From Torpedo marmorata (lineage: Eukaryota), in NCBI GenBank assembly GCA_977017645.1, contig OZ360241.1:20336001-20400000 (forward strand): DNA of 64,000 nucleotides, given 5' to 3'. Position 1 is the stretch's first letter, and each line of letters opens with the position of its first letter. Made by a program: the position numbers and the translations under genes. Under the pieces are notes generated by a model, which worked only from the letters and a program-made list of their open reading frames with translations, did no database searches and had not been told where the DNA came from. Below are positions 25,216 through 38,521 of the stretch, in pieces.

Positions 25216-25765
25216 CAGTACAACTCCGATTATCCGAAATCGGATTATCCGAAATCCTCAGTTATCCGAAATTTGTTTGGACCTGGAAGTGACGTCTGTT
25301 TGGCTCTGAATTTTTTTTCGGATAATCGAGGATTTCAGAAAAATCAGAAATCCTCATTTATCTGAAAAATTTCGAAGCCGTAATGACGTCATTTCACCTC
25401 CGAAAAATTTCGGATAAATGAGGATATCTGAAACAATCAGAAATCCTCCGTTATCTGAAATTTTTTCAGAGCCGAACTGACATCACAGGTTGAAAAAATT
25501 TGGAATTTTGGAAAAACCTCTGAGTAGAATTTCGAGCTTTTGGTGTTAGATTTATCTTATTTTGTTCAGGTTGTTTTTTGGTGAGAATTAAACATTATTT
25601 CATGCTTAAAAAGCCTTCCCTTGTTGTTTGTTGTTGTTTAAACACTGTTACAAGTGATTTGCTGTTGCTACTGGGCTGTTTTTAAAAAATGACCAGTTAT
25701 CCGAAAATATAGTTTATCTGAAATACGCCCGGTCCCGACCATTTTGGATAATCGGAATTGTACTG
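25216..25765. mobile_element. pogo/Tigger-like MITE (Tc1/mariner superfamily), 550 bp
   Basis: TA TSDs at 25214-15 and 25766-67. 25-bp TIR CAGTACAACTCCGATTATCCGAAAT with 2 mismatches between the ends. Many internal TTATCCGAAA motifs in both orientations; no ORF. Confidence 0.9.
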
Positions 25766-27589
25766 TAATTTATTTTAAATAAAGTTGATTTTTGGGAAAA
25801 AAACTTCCACGAAATGCGAGGTCAGACTCTGCGTGGGTGAATCGTTTGTGAGGTGCTTGGTTCCATCTGCTGTTTACACAGGGCTTCCCATGTGTTCCTG
25901 GGCTAGAGCCCTGTGCCATCCTGAAGACTCCTGCTCTATTCTGAGCACTCACAGGCCAGGGATTCCTGGGATGTTACGCTTTTCAAGGAGACTTTTCCTC
26001 TCTCCACCTGGTGAATTCCTGAGGTGACAGAGCCTGGAACAGAACGGCTGATTTGGAAGTCTGGTGTGCTGTGAAGGACCATGAGACCAAAGGTGGTTGG
26101 AACATTATTAGGCCATTCGGCCCTTTGAATCTGCTCTGCCATTCAAATCATGGCTGATGTATTTTTCCTTTCAATTCCATTTTCCTTCTATTTCTCCATA
26201 ATCTTTGACACCCTTAAAAATCAAGAATCTATCAACCTCTGCTTTAAATCTACCCAATGACTTTGCCTCCATAACCATCTGTGGGAACGAATTCCACAGA
26301 TTCACCACCTTCTGGTGAAGAATCTTCTCATCTCTGTTCTAAAGGCATGTTTTTTTTATTCTGAGGCTGTGCCCTCTGGTCCTAGGCTCTCCCACGACTA
26401 GAAACATCTACTCCACATCTACTCTATCCAGCCCTTTCAACCCAGGACATGGCCAATCCAATGGAGCTGACAAAGTGTAACCAGGACCTTAGTGTGGGGA
26501 TGTTGGCCTGGGACAGAACAGAGAGGTTGCTTATCCAGCAAACATTTACACAGGTTCACTCTCACACATCCCCGCAGATATGTGCACTCTCACAAGCATT
26601 CACACATGCACAAGTACACATATACAGTACACAGGCACACACACACACTCACACATACACCTACTCCTTCTCAATCTATCCCTTCCGTTCCTCACAGCCC
26701 ATAATCTTCTAGTTTTATTACATCCATGTGCCTATCTAAGAGTCTTTTGAATGTGCCTATTGTAGTAGCTTCCACCACCACCCCCAGCAATGCATTCCAG
26801 GCGCCCACCACTCTCTGTGTAACAAAACCTTTCTCTGACCTCTCTCCTAAACTTTCCTCCACTCACCTTAAATGGATGTCCTCTGGTATTGGCCACTGCT
26901 GCCTTGGGAAAAAGATGTCAGGTTACATTTGTACAAAGCATTGGCTAGGCCACACTTGCAGCACTGTGTGCAGTTCTGACACCACTCTATAGGAAGGTGT
27001 GACTGAGATAGAGAGGGTGCAGATTCACAAGAACGTTGGTGTGACTGGAGACTTTGAGTTTTATCAGGAGAGATTGGATAGGCTGGGGCTGTTTTCCTTG
27101 GAGTAGAAGAGGCTGAGGGCTGACATGATAGGGTTATGTAAAATTATGAGGGGCATAGACAAGATAGATAGCTGGAGTTTACTTTCTATGGTAGGAGTGT
27201 CCATAACTATAGGGCATAGGTTTAAGAGGGGCACAGTTTTCACAGAAAGAGTAGTTGGCATCTGGAATGAGCTGCCAGAGATGGTGGTGGAGGAAGGAAC
27301 AGGAACAACATTTAAGAGGCACCTTGTCAGGTACTTGAATGAGCAGGGCACAGAGGGAGATAGAGCTAATGCATGCGTGGGATTAGTGGAGATTGACATG
27401 ATGGTCAGCACAGATGTGGTGGGTAAAGGGCCTGTTTTCATGCTGTACAAACACTCCCTCAGATGTGTATATCCTCACAAAACACACGGACCTCCTCACA
27501 CTTACCGACACATGTTCAAGCTCTTTCTCTCACTCTTTCAGTCTCTCTCTATTTTTCCCTCTCTCTGTTTTTCTCTCTCTATGTTTCTC

Positions 27590-27594
<5 letters not shown>

Positions 27595-27667
<73 letters not shown>
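27595..27667. repeat. (CA)~36 microsatellite preceded by a CT-rich tract
   Basis: Read directly from the sequence. Confidence 0.95.
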
Positions 27668-27670
<3 letters not shown>

Positions 27671-28399
27671 TGTGGTCTTGGGCACATCCTTGCACCTTCA
27701 CAAACTCATATTCACTGTCTCATGCCATCTCACTTTGAAACACTTTCCCTCTCACATGTACACACTCTCACACCAGTTGACGACATGATGATCTGTGTTT
27801 TTGATTCCCCTTCTGACAATGCTCAGAAGATACATAATTATCCACCAGTACAGTCAGGATCCTGTTAATACTTCAACCCCACATGCACAGGATTGAGCTG
27901 AGATTGTTTAATATAGTTGAACAATTCACTATTTCCCCTAGCTGGGGATACATGTGCACAACTAATTACATGCACATGTGAACACATTTCTATCTACATG
28001 TACTGTGGACACGTATCTACATTAACATGTGGGCACGTATCTACATGCATATGTAGACATGTATACATGCATATGTGGACATTAAACTCCATGCACATCT
28101 TTGTCATTACCAACACCATTTATTTTCACCATAATTAACATGATCTAACCACAGTTCATTTCTCGGAAGGCCTCAGATATTAGGGAAATCAAGAAATATG
28201 GAGTTATTGCAGGAATATAGAGCTGAGGAAAAAGATCAACTGTGAAATATTGAATGGTGCAGCAAGTATAAGGTGATGAATTTTGTGCCTTTGATATGTC
28301 AATGTATGAATATTCATACAGGTGGAGCTGGCCTCCTTACTTCTGGATTTCAAACATTTGCTCAGGGTATGACCACCTTTCAGCTCCACTTTGACCCTC

Positions 28400-31190
28400 A
28401 GAATCAGAATTTATTGTCATCTACAAGTCAGGAAATTCGGTGTTTTGTGGCAGCATCATAGTGCAATTAACATTCATATCATAACCATCTTACCACATCA
28501 CTATAAAAAATTATAAATAATAGTGCACGAAAAGTAAGGCAGTGTCTTTGGTTCATTGATTATTCAGGAATCTGATGGCAGCGGGGAAGCTGTCATTGTG
28601 CCATTGAGTGCTCGTCTTTAGGCTCCTGTACCTTTTTAACGATGGTAGCAGAGTGAAGAGGGCATGGCCTGGGTGGTGGGGGTCTTTGAGGATAGAGGCT
28701 GCTTTTTTAAGACACCGCCTCATGTAGATGTCCTCGATGGAGTGAAGTTTGGTGCCTGTGATGTCACAGGCTGAGTTAACAACACTCTGGAGTTTACTCT
28801 TGTCCTGAGAGTTGGCGCCTCCATACCAGGCAGTGATGCAACCAGCTAGAATGCTCTCCACGGTACACCTGTAGAGGTTTACGAGAGTCTTTGGTGACAT
28901 ACCGAATCTCCGCAGACACCTCACAAAGTATAGCCGCTGGCGAGCCTTCTTTGTGATTGCATCAACGTGGAGGCTCCAGGACAGATCCTCAGAGATGTTG
29001 ACACCCAGGAATTTGAAGTTCTTGACCCTCTCCATGACTGAGCCCTCGATGAGGACTGGGTCGTGTTCCCCTGACTTCCTCCTGAAGTCCACAATCATCT
29101 CGTTGGTTTTGCTGACGTTGAGCTCAAGGTTGTTGTCGTTACACCATTCAACGAGCTGATCTATCTCCCTCCTGTACGCTTTCTCATTGCCATTTGTGAT
29201 TCTGCCGACAACTGTGGTGTCATCGGCAAACTTGTAGATGGCATTGGAATTGTGCCTGGCCACATAGTCATGGGTGTATGACGAGTAGAGCAGTGGACTA
29301 AGCACGCATCCTTGGGGTGCACCTGTGTTGATAATCAGTGAGGAGGAGACGTTGTTTCCAATTCGTACTGACTGTGGTCTTCCGATGAGAAAGTCAAGGA
29401 TCCAGTTGCAGAGTGGGATATAGAGGTCTAGAGTTTGTAGCTTCTTGACCAGCACTGAGGGAATAATGGTATTGAAGGCCGAGCTGTAGTCGATGAAGAG
29501 CAGCCGTATGTATGAATTGCTGTTTTCGAGGTGATCCATAGCTGAGTGGAGAGCCAGCGATATTGCATCTGCTGTGGAGCGATTGTGACGATAGGCGAAT
29601 TGCAGTGGGTCCAGATCTTTGTTTAGGTACGTGTTAATTCTGGCCATGACCAGCCTCTCAAAGCATTTCATCACAGTAGAAGTTAGTGCTACTGGGCGGT
29701 AGTCGTTGAGGCAGCCCACACTACTCTTCTTGGGTACCGGGATGATTGATGCCCTTTTGAAGCAGGTGGGAACCTCTGACTGCCGCAATGAGAGGTTGAA
29801 AATGTTCGTGAACACTCTGGCTAGTTGGTTGGTGCAGATTTTCAGTACCCTGCCGGGTACGCCGTCAGGGCCTGACGCCTTGCGAGGGTTCACCCTCTTG
29901 AATGATGTTCTGACGTCGCCCTCAGAGACAGATGTCACAGGGTACTCAGCCTTTTCAGGGATTCTAGTAGGCACTGTTTGGTTCTTCTTCTCAAAGCGGG
30001 CATAGAAGGTGTTCAGCTCATCGGGTAGTGAAGCATCACAGCCGTCTATAGTGTTCGCCCTCGCTTTGTAGGCTGTAATGGCCTGCACTCCCTGCCATAG
30101 CTAGCGTGTATCTGTCTCTGTCTCTAGCTTCCTCCGGAATTGCCACTTTGCTTCAGAGATGGCCTTCCGCAGGTTGTGCCTGGACTTCTTGTAAAGATCC
30201 CGGTCCCCGGCCTTAAACGCCCTTGATCTCGCCCTCAGCAGGTTGCGAATTCTCTGATTCATCCAGGGCTTCTGGTTGGGGAACACCCGGTATTTGCGCG
30301 TGGGCACACACTCATCCACGCAGGTCTTGATGAAGTCGGTGACACCTGTTGCATATTCATTCAGGTCTATGGATGAGTTCTTGAATATGTTCCAGTCCAC
30401 CGATTCAAAGCAGTCCTGCAGACGCTCCTCCGCCCCCCTCGACCATACTTTCGCCGTCCTCGCCACTGGTGCTGTGGTCTTCAGTCTCTGCTTGTACGAC
30501 GGGAGTAGAAGTACAGCCAGGTGATCAGACTTGCCGAAGTGCGGTCGTGGTATGGCTCGGTATGCGTTCTTCACAGTGGTGTAGCAGTGGTCGAGTGTGT
30601 TGGTTCCCCTGGTCTCGCATGTGATGTGTTGGTGGTAGTTTGTCAGTGACTTCTTCAGATTGACCTGATTGAATTCTCCCACAATGATCGGGAAGGCATT
30701 AGGATGTGCTGTCTCATGGCTGTTTATCACAGTGCTCAGTCTCTCCAGTGCCAGCCTGACGTTAGCCTGGGGCGGAATGTACACTGCGACCAGGATGATG
30801 GTGGTGAACTCCCTCGGCAGGTAGAATGGGCGACAGTTGATCGCCAGATGTTCTAGGTCGGGGAGCAGGTCTGGGACATGACTGTCACATCTGTGCACCA
30901 CGATGAATTGATGATGGCACAAACGCCGCCTCCCCTGGTTTTTCCAGACGCCGGTGTTCGGTCAGCGCGATGGAGGGTGTAGCCCTTGGGATGCATTGCC
31001 GTGTCCGGAATGTCCGCGTTTAGCCACGTTTCTGTAAAGCACATCACGCAGCACTCCCTGATGACTCTCTGATGTTGAAGTCTGGCTTGGAGTTCATCAA
31101 GTTTGTTCTCCAAGGATTGTACATTGGCCAGGAGGATGGTAGGGAGTGGAAGCTTCAGGTCCCCGCGTCTCAGCTTGACCAGTAGCCCCC
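28400..31190 (-). mobile_element. Near-complete Rex1/Babar-type non-LTR retrotransposon (APE endonuclease + RT)
   Basis: ORFs 30853..31113 (CFTETWL), 30101..30922 (VYIPP, TLDHCY, SDH) and 28553..30088 (YRPVALTS, GAPQGCVLSP, KFADD). One in-frame stop at 30101-30103 and one frameshift near 30870. (ATTCTG)n tail at about 28400. Confidence 0.92.
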
Positions 31191-31639
31191 TTGGATTTCC
31201 AATTCCTCCATGGCCTTAGCTCTCCCTGTATCTCTAATCCTGTCCAGCCCTACAATGCCTGCATCTCTGGCCTCTGGTGTATTCAACCCTCCCTTTGTCT
31301 ATCTGCTCAAGTTCAGCATTGCCACTTCACTTCCTGCATCTTCTTTAAGCAGAGAATCTATCTCTGTGTTTTAATGTCTCTCTCTCTCACACACACACAC
31401 TGAAAACCACATAATGCGTAACACAAGAGACTGCAGATGCTGGAATCTGGAGCAAAAAAACCTCAAACTGCTGAAGGATCAGCAGGTCAGACAGCATCTG
31501 TGGAGGCAAAGGGATGATCGACATTTCAGGTTGAGACCCTGCGTCAGGGAATTTTGGACCCTGTATAATGTGTGCTTGAGTGTGATGGGAGATGGAAACC
31601 TGATCTCCCTTTGGAATAGGACTGGAAGCAGGCTCATCA

Positions 31640-31855
31640 GTCAACTGAGGCATCTGAGCAAGTTTTATGAGTTCCAGTCCCACCCCAGAGATAGCAGTCG
31701 AAAAATCAGGGCTGGCCCTCTGGTACAGCACTGAGAGTGTTGTTACATAGGTAGTGAGATCCTTCGCAGGCTGCCTGACCTCTCTGGAGAATGTAAAAGG
31801 TCCCAATTGTTTGAGAGGGGGAGTTATGTTCATAGCCCAGCTGCCAGTGATCCTG
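31640..31855 (+). mobile_element. Ancient Deu-domain SINE fragment (SacSINE1/LF-SINE-like)
   Basis: GTTCCAGTCCCACCCCAGAGA..GGCTG..CAGCACTGAGAGTG..GTAAAAGGTCCCA resembles the recalled consensus. A 3' part of the same family lies on the minus strand at about 8830-8968. Confidence 0.55.
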
Positions 31856-32639
31856 AAAGGTCAATAACAAATTAAGTTTTAAGTTTATTTGTCACATTAT
31901 GCCTTGTACAATGAGAAGTGTTCTCAAACAGACTGACAGATTATCTCCAACATTCACTCAGCTGTGTAAAGAGCACAATTTACAGAGTATAAGATTACAA
32001 TAAAAATAAAGATCAATTAGCATCAAGCAAGGGCTAAATGATAGTGACGTTGTGGGATTCATTCAGGAGCCTGATGGCTGTGGGGAAGAAACTTTCTTTA
32101 AGCCTGATAATCGGGTCACTATTAAAGAAAATATGAGCAAACTGCAAATATTGAAAAATGAAATTAAAGTGAAAGTGTTGGAAACACTCAGCAAGTTAGG
32201 CAGCATCTGTGGATGTTGAAAGAGGCCAACATCCCTTCCTCAGAACTATGACTATTTCTCTCTGGAAGCAGTGCAGAGGAGGTTCACTAGGTTGATTCTG
32301 GAAAAGAGGGGCTTAGCCTCTGAGGAGAGATCGAGTAACCTTGGACTGTAGTCACTGGAATTTAGAAGAATGAGAGGTGGTCTTCTCGAAGAATTATGAA
32401 AGGGATAGATATCATAGTGGCAGGAAAGTAGCAGGCGAGACTAGAACTAGGGAACAGAACCTTCAGATTCAGAGGTAAAATACCTTGATGAAGGGCTCAA
32501 GCTCAAAATGTTGGTTATGTATCTTTATCTTTGTTATATAAAGTACACTATTTGACCTGCTGAGTTTCTCCAGCATTGTGTTTTTACTTCAACCATTGTG
32601 TCTGCAGACTTTCGTGTTTTACCTCAAGATTGAGAGGAT

Positions 32640-35430
32640 TATAACCATATAACATTTACAGCACAGAAACAGGCCAGTTCGGCCCTTCGAGTCCATGCCG
32701 AACACATTCTCCCACCTAGTCCCACTGACCCGCACCCGGCCCATAACCCTCCACACCTCTCTCGTTCATATACCTATCCAACTTTTCCTTAAACATTAAA
32801 ATTGAACCTGCATCTACCACTTTGGCCGGAAGCTCGTTCCACCCTCCTACCACCCTCTGAGTGAAGAAATTCCCCCTCATGTTTCCTCTAAACCTTTCCC
32901 CCTTCAATCTCAATCCATGCCCTCTTGTTTGAATCTTCCCCTCTCTCAATGGAAAAAGCCTGTCCCCATTGACTCTATCTTTCCCCTTCATAATTTTAAA
33001 TACCTCTATCAAATCACCCCTCAACCTTCTACGCTCCAGGGAATAAAGTCCCAGCCTGTTCAACCTTTCCCTATAACTCAAACCCAGAAACCCTGGCAAC
33101 ATTCTTGTAAATCTCCTCTGCACTCTCTCTATTCTGTTTATATCCTTCCTATAATTCGGTGACCAAAACTGCGCACAATATTCCAAATTTGGCCTCACCA
33201 ATGCCTTATACAACTTCAACATGACATCCCAACTCCTATATTCAATACTCTGATTTATGAAGGCCAACATACCAAATGCCTTCTTCACCACCCTATCTAC
33301 GTGTGACTCAACTTTCAGGGAATTATGTACCAGAATTCCTAAATCCCTCTGTTCTACTGCACTTCTCAATTGTCTTCCATTTAACATGTATGACCTTTGC
33401 TGATTAATCCTACCAAAATGTAGCACCTCACATTTATCAGTATTAAATTCCATCTGCCATGTTTCCGCCCACTCTTCTAACTGTCCAATATCCCCCTGCA
33501 AGCTTTGATATCCTTCTTCACCGGCCACAACACCACCAATCTTCGTATCATCTGCATACTTACTAATCCAATTTACCACCCTATCATCTAGATCATTAAT
33601 ATATATGACAAACAACAATGGACCCAGTACCGATCCCTGAGGCACTCCACTAGTCACCGGCCTCCAATTTGACAAACAATTTTCCACCACTACTCTCTGG
33701 CATCTCCTATCCAACCATTGTTGAATCCATTTCACTACTTCGTCGTTAACACCTAATGCTTGAACCATCCTAACGAGCCTCTTATGCGGAACCTTGTCAA
33801 ATGCCTTACTAAAGTCCATATAGACAACATCCACAGCCTTCCCCTCGTCAACCCTCTTAGTAACCTTATCGAAAAACTCTATGACATTTGTCAAACATGA
33901 TCTACCACGAACAAAACCGTGTTGACTACTCCTAATCAATGCTTGTCTTTCCAAATAACTGTATACACCATCTCTAAGAACACTCTCCATTAATTTACCC
34001 ACTACCGATGTCAGACTCTATAATTTTCAGGTTTACTTTTGGAGCCCTTCTTAAACAGCGGGACAACATGAGCTACCCTCCAATCCTCCGGCACCTCCCC
34101 TGTGGCCAGTGACATTTTAAATATTTCTGTCAGAGCCCCCACTATTTGTACACTAACCTCCCTCAGGGTCCTCGGGAATATCCTGTCAGGACCTGGAGAT
34201 TTATCCACCTTTATACTCTTTAAAATAGCCAATACTACCTCCTCATTAATCTTTATATTATCCATGACCTCCCTGCCAGATTGCCTTACTTCACCTGGCT
34301 CAATATTCCTTTCCTTTGTCAATACTGAAGAAAAAAATTCATTTAAAATCTCCCCCATCTCCTCTGACTTCTCACATAGCCTACCAGTCTGATCCTCAAT
34401 GGGCCCAATTTTATCCCTCACTATTCTTTTGCTTTTAATGTACATGTAAACCCTTTGGATTTATTTTTACCTTGCCTGCCAAAGCAGCCTCATATCTCCT
34501 TTTAGCCTTTCTAATTTCTTTCTTAAGATTTTTTTTACACTCCTTATATTCCTCAAGGACCTCATCTATTCCCTGCTGTCTATACCTGTTGTACACATCC
34601 CTCTTCCTCCGAACCAAATTCCCAATATCCTTTGAAAACCAAGGCTCCCTATATTTTCTAACTCTTCCTTTAATCCTCACAGGGACGAACCGACTCTGTA
34701 CTCTCAAAATTTCCCCTTTGAATATCCTCCATTTATCTGTGACATCCTTTCCTAAAAATAAATGATCCCAATCCACACCCTCTAAATCCTTCCTCATTTC
34801 CTCAAAATTTGCCTTATTCCAATCAAGAATCTCAACCTTAGGCCCAGCCCTATCCTTCTCCATTATCAACCTAAAACTAATGGTATTATGATCACTAGAC
34901 CCAAAGTGTTCCCCAACACAAACCTCTGTCACCTGACCTATCTCGTTCCCAAATAGGAGATCCAATACTGCCCCCTCTCTCGTCGGTTCTTTTATGTATT
35001 GATTTAGAAAACTTTCCTGAACACATTTGACAAACTCCAACCCATCCTTGCCCTATTACAGTATGGGCGTCCCAGTCAATATGTGGAAAGTTAAAATCAC
35101 CTATAATCACCACCTTATGCTTATTATACATATATTCTATCTCCTTACAAATTTCCTCCTCTAATTCCCTCTGCCCATTCGGTGGTCTATAATGCACTCC
35201 CATTAGTGTTTTCATGCCTTTCCCATTCCTCAATTCCACCCAAATAGCCTCACTGGACGAGCCCTCCAATCTATCCTGCCATAGCACCGCTGTAATGGTT
35301 TCTCTAACAAGCACTGCGACCCCTCCACCTTTTATCCCCCCTGTTCTATCACGCCTAAAACAACGGAATCCAGGAATATTTAGCTGCCAATCACGCCCCT
35401 CCTGCAACCAAGTTTCACTGATGGCTAGGA
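32640..35430 (-). mobile_element. Young CR1 LINE, most of ORF2 (EN + RT) with frameshifts
   Basis: ORFs 34895..35578 (ISETW, GDFNFP), 34435..35040 (SDH), 34011..34445 (KSPGPD) and 32716..34002 (DFSKAFDKVPH, GVPQGSVLGP, KYADD). (ATATGGTT)n tail. Confidence 0.93.
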
Positions 35431-35439
35431 TAGTGGGGA

Positions 35440-35680
35440 GCAAGGTTGGCGTAGCGGTTAGCACAACGCCAGCGATCGGGACCGGACCGGGGTTCGAATC
35501 CCGCGCTGTCTGTAAGGAGTTTGTATGTTCTCCCCGTGTCTTAGTGGGTTTTCTCTGGGGGCTCCAGTTCCCTCCCACCGTTCAAAACGTACCGGGGGTT
35601 GTAGGTTAATTGGGCAGCACGGGCCCGTGGGCCAAAGTGGCCTGTTACCATGCTGTATGTCTAAATTTTAAAAAAATTAA
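35440..35680 (+). mobile_element. HE1-like SINE
   Basis: A/B boxes, V-domain and tail. Confidence 0.85.
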
Positions 35681-35984
35681 AAGAGGAAGAACTGCTTCTC
35701 CCAGAGAGTGGTGGATCTATGGAATTCTCTGCCCAAAGAAGCAGTAGAGGCTGCCTCATTAAATATGTTTAAAAGACAGTCAAATAGATTTTTACGCAAC
35801 AGGGGAATTAAGGGTGATGGGGAAAAGGTCCAGATCAGTCCTGATCTTCTTGGGAGGCCTGACGAACTGAATGGCCGACTCCTGCTCCTATTTCTTATAT
35901 TTGTTTTTTTTTAAATGCTATTCCTACTGTTGGAATGTACTGAGGCCAGTGCTTTGAACAATTTCATACCAAACAGCTTTCCTT

Positions 35985-36760
35985 GGTTTGGGTGTCGCCC
36001 GGGCGCTACAGAAATGCAATTCTTTCTGTTTTGGACCGTCTGGAAGTACAGACGTGCAGCCTCTGGCTCGCAGTTTCCTCGACGTCAGCTCGGCAAACAA
36101 GGACGGGCAGTGTGTGTTACTGGCGAAGTCTGGGTAGGGGGGTTGTTCAGCGATCGCTCACAGACTCCTTTGGCAAGTGCTGCAGCCCGGGCTCACGTTG
36201 CCGAAGCGCTCCTGATGAATGCAAGGCTGGCAGACTGCCTGCGCTGAGACAACGCTCCTGGCAGGGTCGGGATGGCGAGTTTCTCCGCCCGACAACATTT
36301 TTCAGTTTCGATTTCACACGAGTACGCGGCCTGGGGCCGGGACCTGCGGGTTAACGCTCAGGGAGTGGGGCGGGTGCATCTTGGTGTGGGAAAGCCCTCC
36401 TTGTCCCCACTCTCCCGGTGCCAGTCCCTGCAACGCGCCCGCGCCGCTGCTCCATTCACACCGGCCTCCCGGGTCACACTCCGTCCGCATTCCAGGCATG
36501 CCTGGCCGAGACCTTGCGTGGTTTCAGCGAGCGGCTGATGCGTGGAAAAGTCTGCACATGATTCGGCGCCTCGCACAGATCCCCCTTTCTCCTTCTCCCG
36601 GAGGATCCCGAGAGGACCCGACAACCCAGTGTTCAAGCGAACCCCGTGTTTTGAGAATTGTCATCAAGACAGATCGCGCAGAAGGAAACCCTTCGGCCCA
36701 TCACGCGCCTGCTGGCCATCCACCTCCTCAACGTTAATACCATTTGCCAGCGCCTGGTCT
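35985..36760. promoter_or_regulatory. Orphan CpG island (possible promoter or enhancer)
   Basis: Non-repetitive, GC- and CpG-rich in a CpG-depleted neighbourhood. GC box GGGGCGGG at about 36367, GACGTCA at about 36081. Confidence 0.55.
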
Positions 36761-36859
36761 TTCACCCTTCATTTCTCAGCAATACCTGGATAACTGGTAA
36801 CTGGCACTTCCCACCAAACTCTCAGCAACAGTGTACAGATTCCAGAACTGAAAATAATG

Positions 36860-37690
36860 ATAATGAGTTTATTGTCGGACACATAAGTACAAAGTACTGA
36901 TGCACTGACATTCTTACTTGCTGCAGCCACACAGGCACTTTGTAAAAATAACAACTCCAACGGTACACATTAAATTATATAGATAGATATATAAATAAAT
37001 AGACACAGTTACAGTTAGTGCAATAAAAAGTGGTGTTTCAATAGTGCAGAAAGGTCTTTTGGGGTTAGTGTTAAGGGGAGGTTCAAGAGCCTAATTGCCA
37101 TTGGATAAATACTGGTGTTGAACTGTGAGGTGCTGGTCTTCTGCCTGAAGGTAGCAGTGAGAAGAGGTTGTGACCAGGGTGATGGGGGTCTGTTATGATG
37201 TTGGCTGCCTTCTTGAGGCAGTGCCCCACATAGATGTCTTCAATAGATGGGAGGTCAGAGCCTGTGAAGGACCTGGCTGTGTTTCCAACCTTCGGCTGCC
37301 TTTTGTGTTCCTGGGCACTCGAATGACCAAACCAGGCGATGATGCAACCAATCAGTATACTTTCCACAGTGCACCTGCAGAGGTTTAATCAAGTATCAGA
37401 TGACATGGCAAATCTCCTTAAGATTCCCGAGGAAGTAGAGGTTTTGGTGTGCCTTCTTCACGGTTGTGTTGATGGCTTCAGGAAAGGTCTTTATATGAGG
37501 ACTCCCAGGAACAAACCCTCTCCACCTCCGTCCCATCAATGCGGACAAGTGTGCCTTGCCTCTCCTTCCTAAAGTCCACAATAAGCACTTTGGTCTGGTT
37601 GACACTGAGAGCAATTGTTGATCTGACACCACCCAACCAGATTCTTGATCTCCATTCTATATTCTGACTCATTGTTTTCTGTTATTCTGC
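36860..37690 (-). mobile_element. Rex1-type LINE 3' fragment
   Basis: ORF 37083..37367 (ESILIGCIIAWF, DPHHPGH). Confidence 0.8.
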
Positions 37691-37904
37691 ACAGAATAAT
37701 TCTTCCACAAATCCTCTCTATCCACTCCAAACCTGTGCCCTCAAGTATTAGACACCTTTGTCATAGGGAAAAACTTCCAACAATAACCTGATTTATACCT
37801 CTCATCATTTTGATTTCAAGTGTATACATGGGGGATAGTTCCTGACTGAAAACATTGACTCGTTTTTCTCTCCATTGTTGCTGCTTGACTAGCTGAGTTT
37901 AAAA

Positions 37905-38148
37905 AAAATTTAATTCATACATACAGCACGGTAACAGGCCCTACCGTCCCACGAGCCATTGCTGCTTAACACCCCAATTAACCGACAAATCCTGTATGTT
38001 TTTGGAGGGTGGGAGGAAACTGGAGCACCTAGAGGAAACACATGCAGATACAGGGAGAATGTACAAACTTCTTACAGACAGCGCCGAATTTGACCCTGGG
38101 TCGCTGGCACTGTAATAGCATTTGGCTAACTGCTACGCTAAGCATGGC
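37905..38148 (-). mobile_element. HE1-like SINE, diverged
   Basis: V-domain and tail on the minus strand. Confidence 0.75.
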
Positions 38149-38521
38149 AATTTTTCCACCATTTATTTTTTTGTTTAATTTTCAATTGTATTTGTTTTCC
38201 ATAAATGAGAAAAATATTGGCTTATGTATTTGTACTGAAGATAGGTTTGCATTTACACAGCAGGAGAACTACTCTAAACAAAACCATAACCTACTCCAGG
38301 ATCACCAAAAAATCTGTCTGCACTATTCTTTCTCTTTTTACTTGCACTAACTGCAACTGTGAATATTTATTAATCCATTCTTTTAAATTTATTATCGCTT
38401 TTTATTTTCTTAACTTTGTGGTAATTTAGATTTTTACTGTTGTAGTTGGTGTCTTGCGTACCTGTGTGGCTGCAACCAGTAAGAATTCCAGTGCATCTGT
38501 ACATTGTACAAACGTATATGA

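Larger units (their letters stand above)
23255..25803 (+). mobile_element. Tx1-clade L1-like LINE, 5'-truncated and disrupted
   Basis: RT motifs SLDKEK..D, GVRQG and YLKVLGIWF, then FRFIWGSK and a C-terminal CPR..C..H-like region. 3' tail AATAAAGTTGATTTTTGGGAAAAAAA. Hosts the MITE and an 80-bp insert. Confidence 0.85.

Noticed and set aside
27125-27868. 247-aa ORF with a poly-(HT) tract
   Set aside because: A CR1 remnant read through a (CA)n microsatellite.
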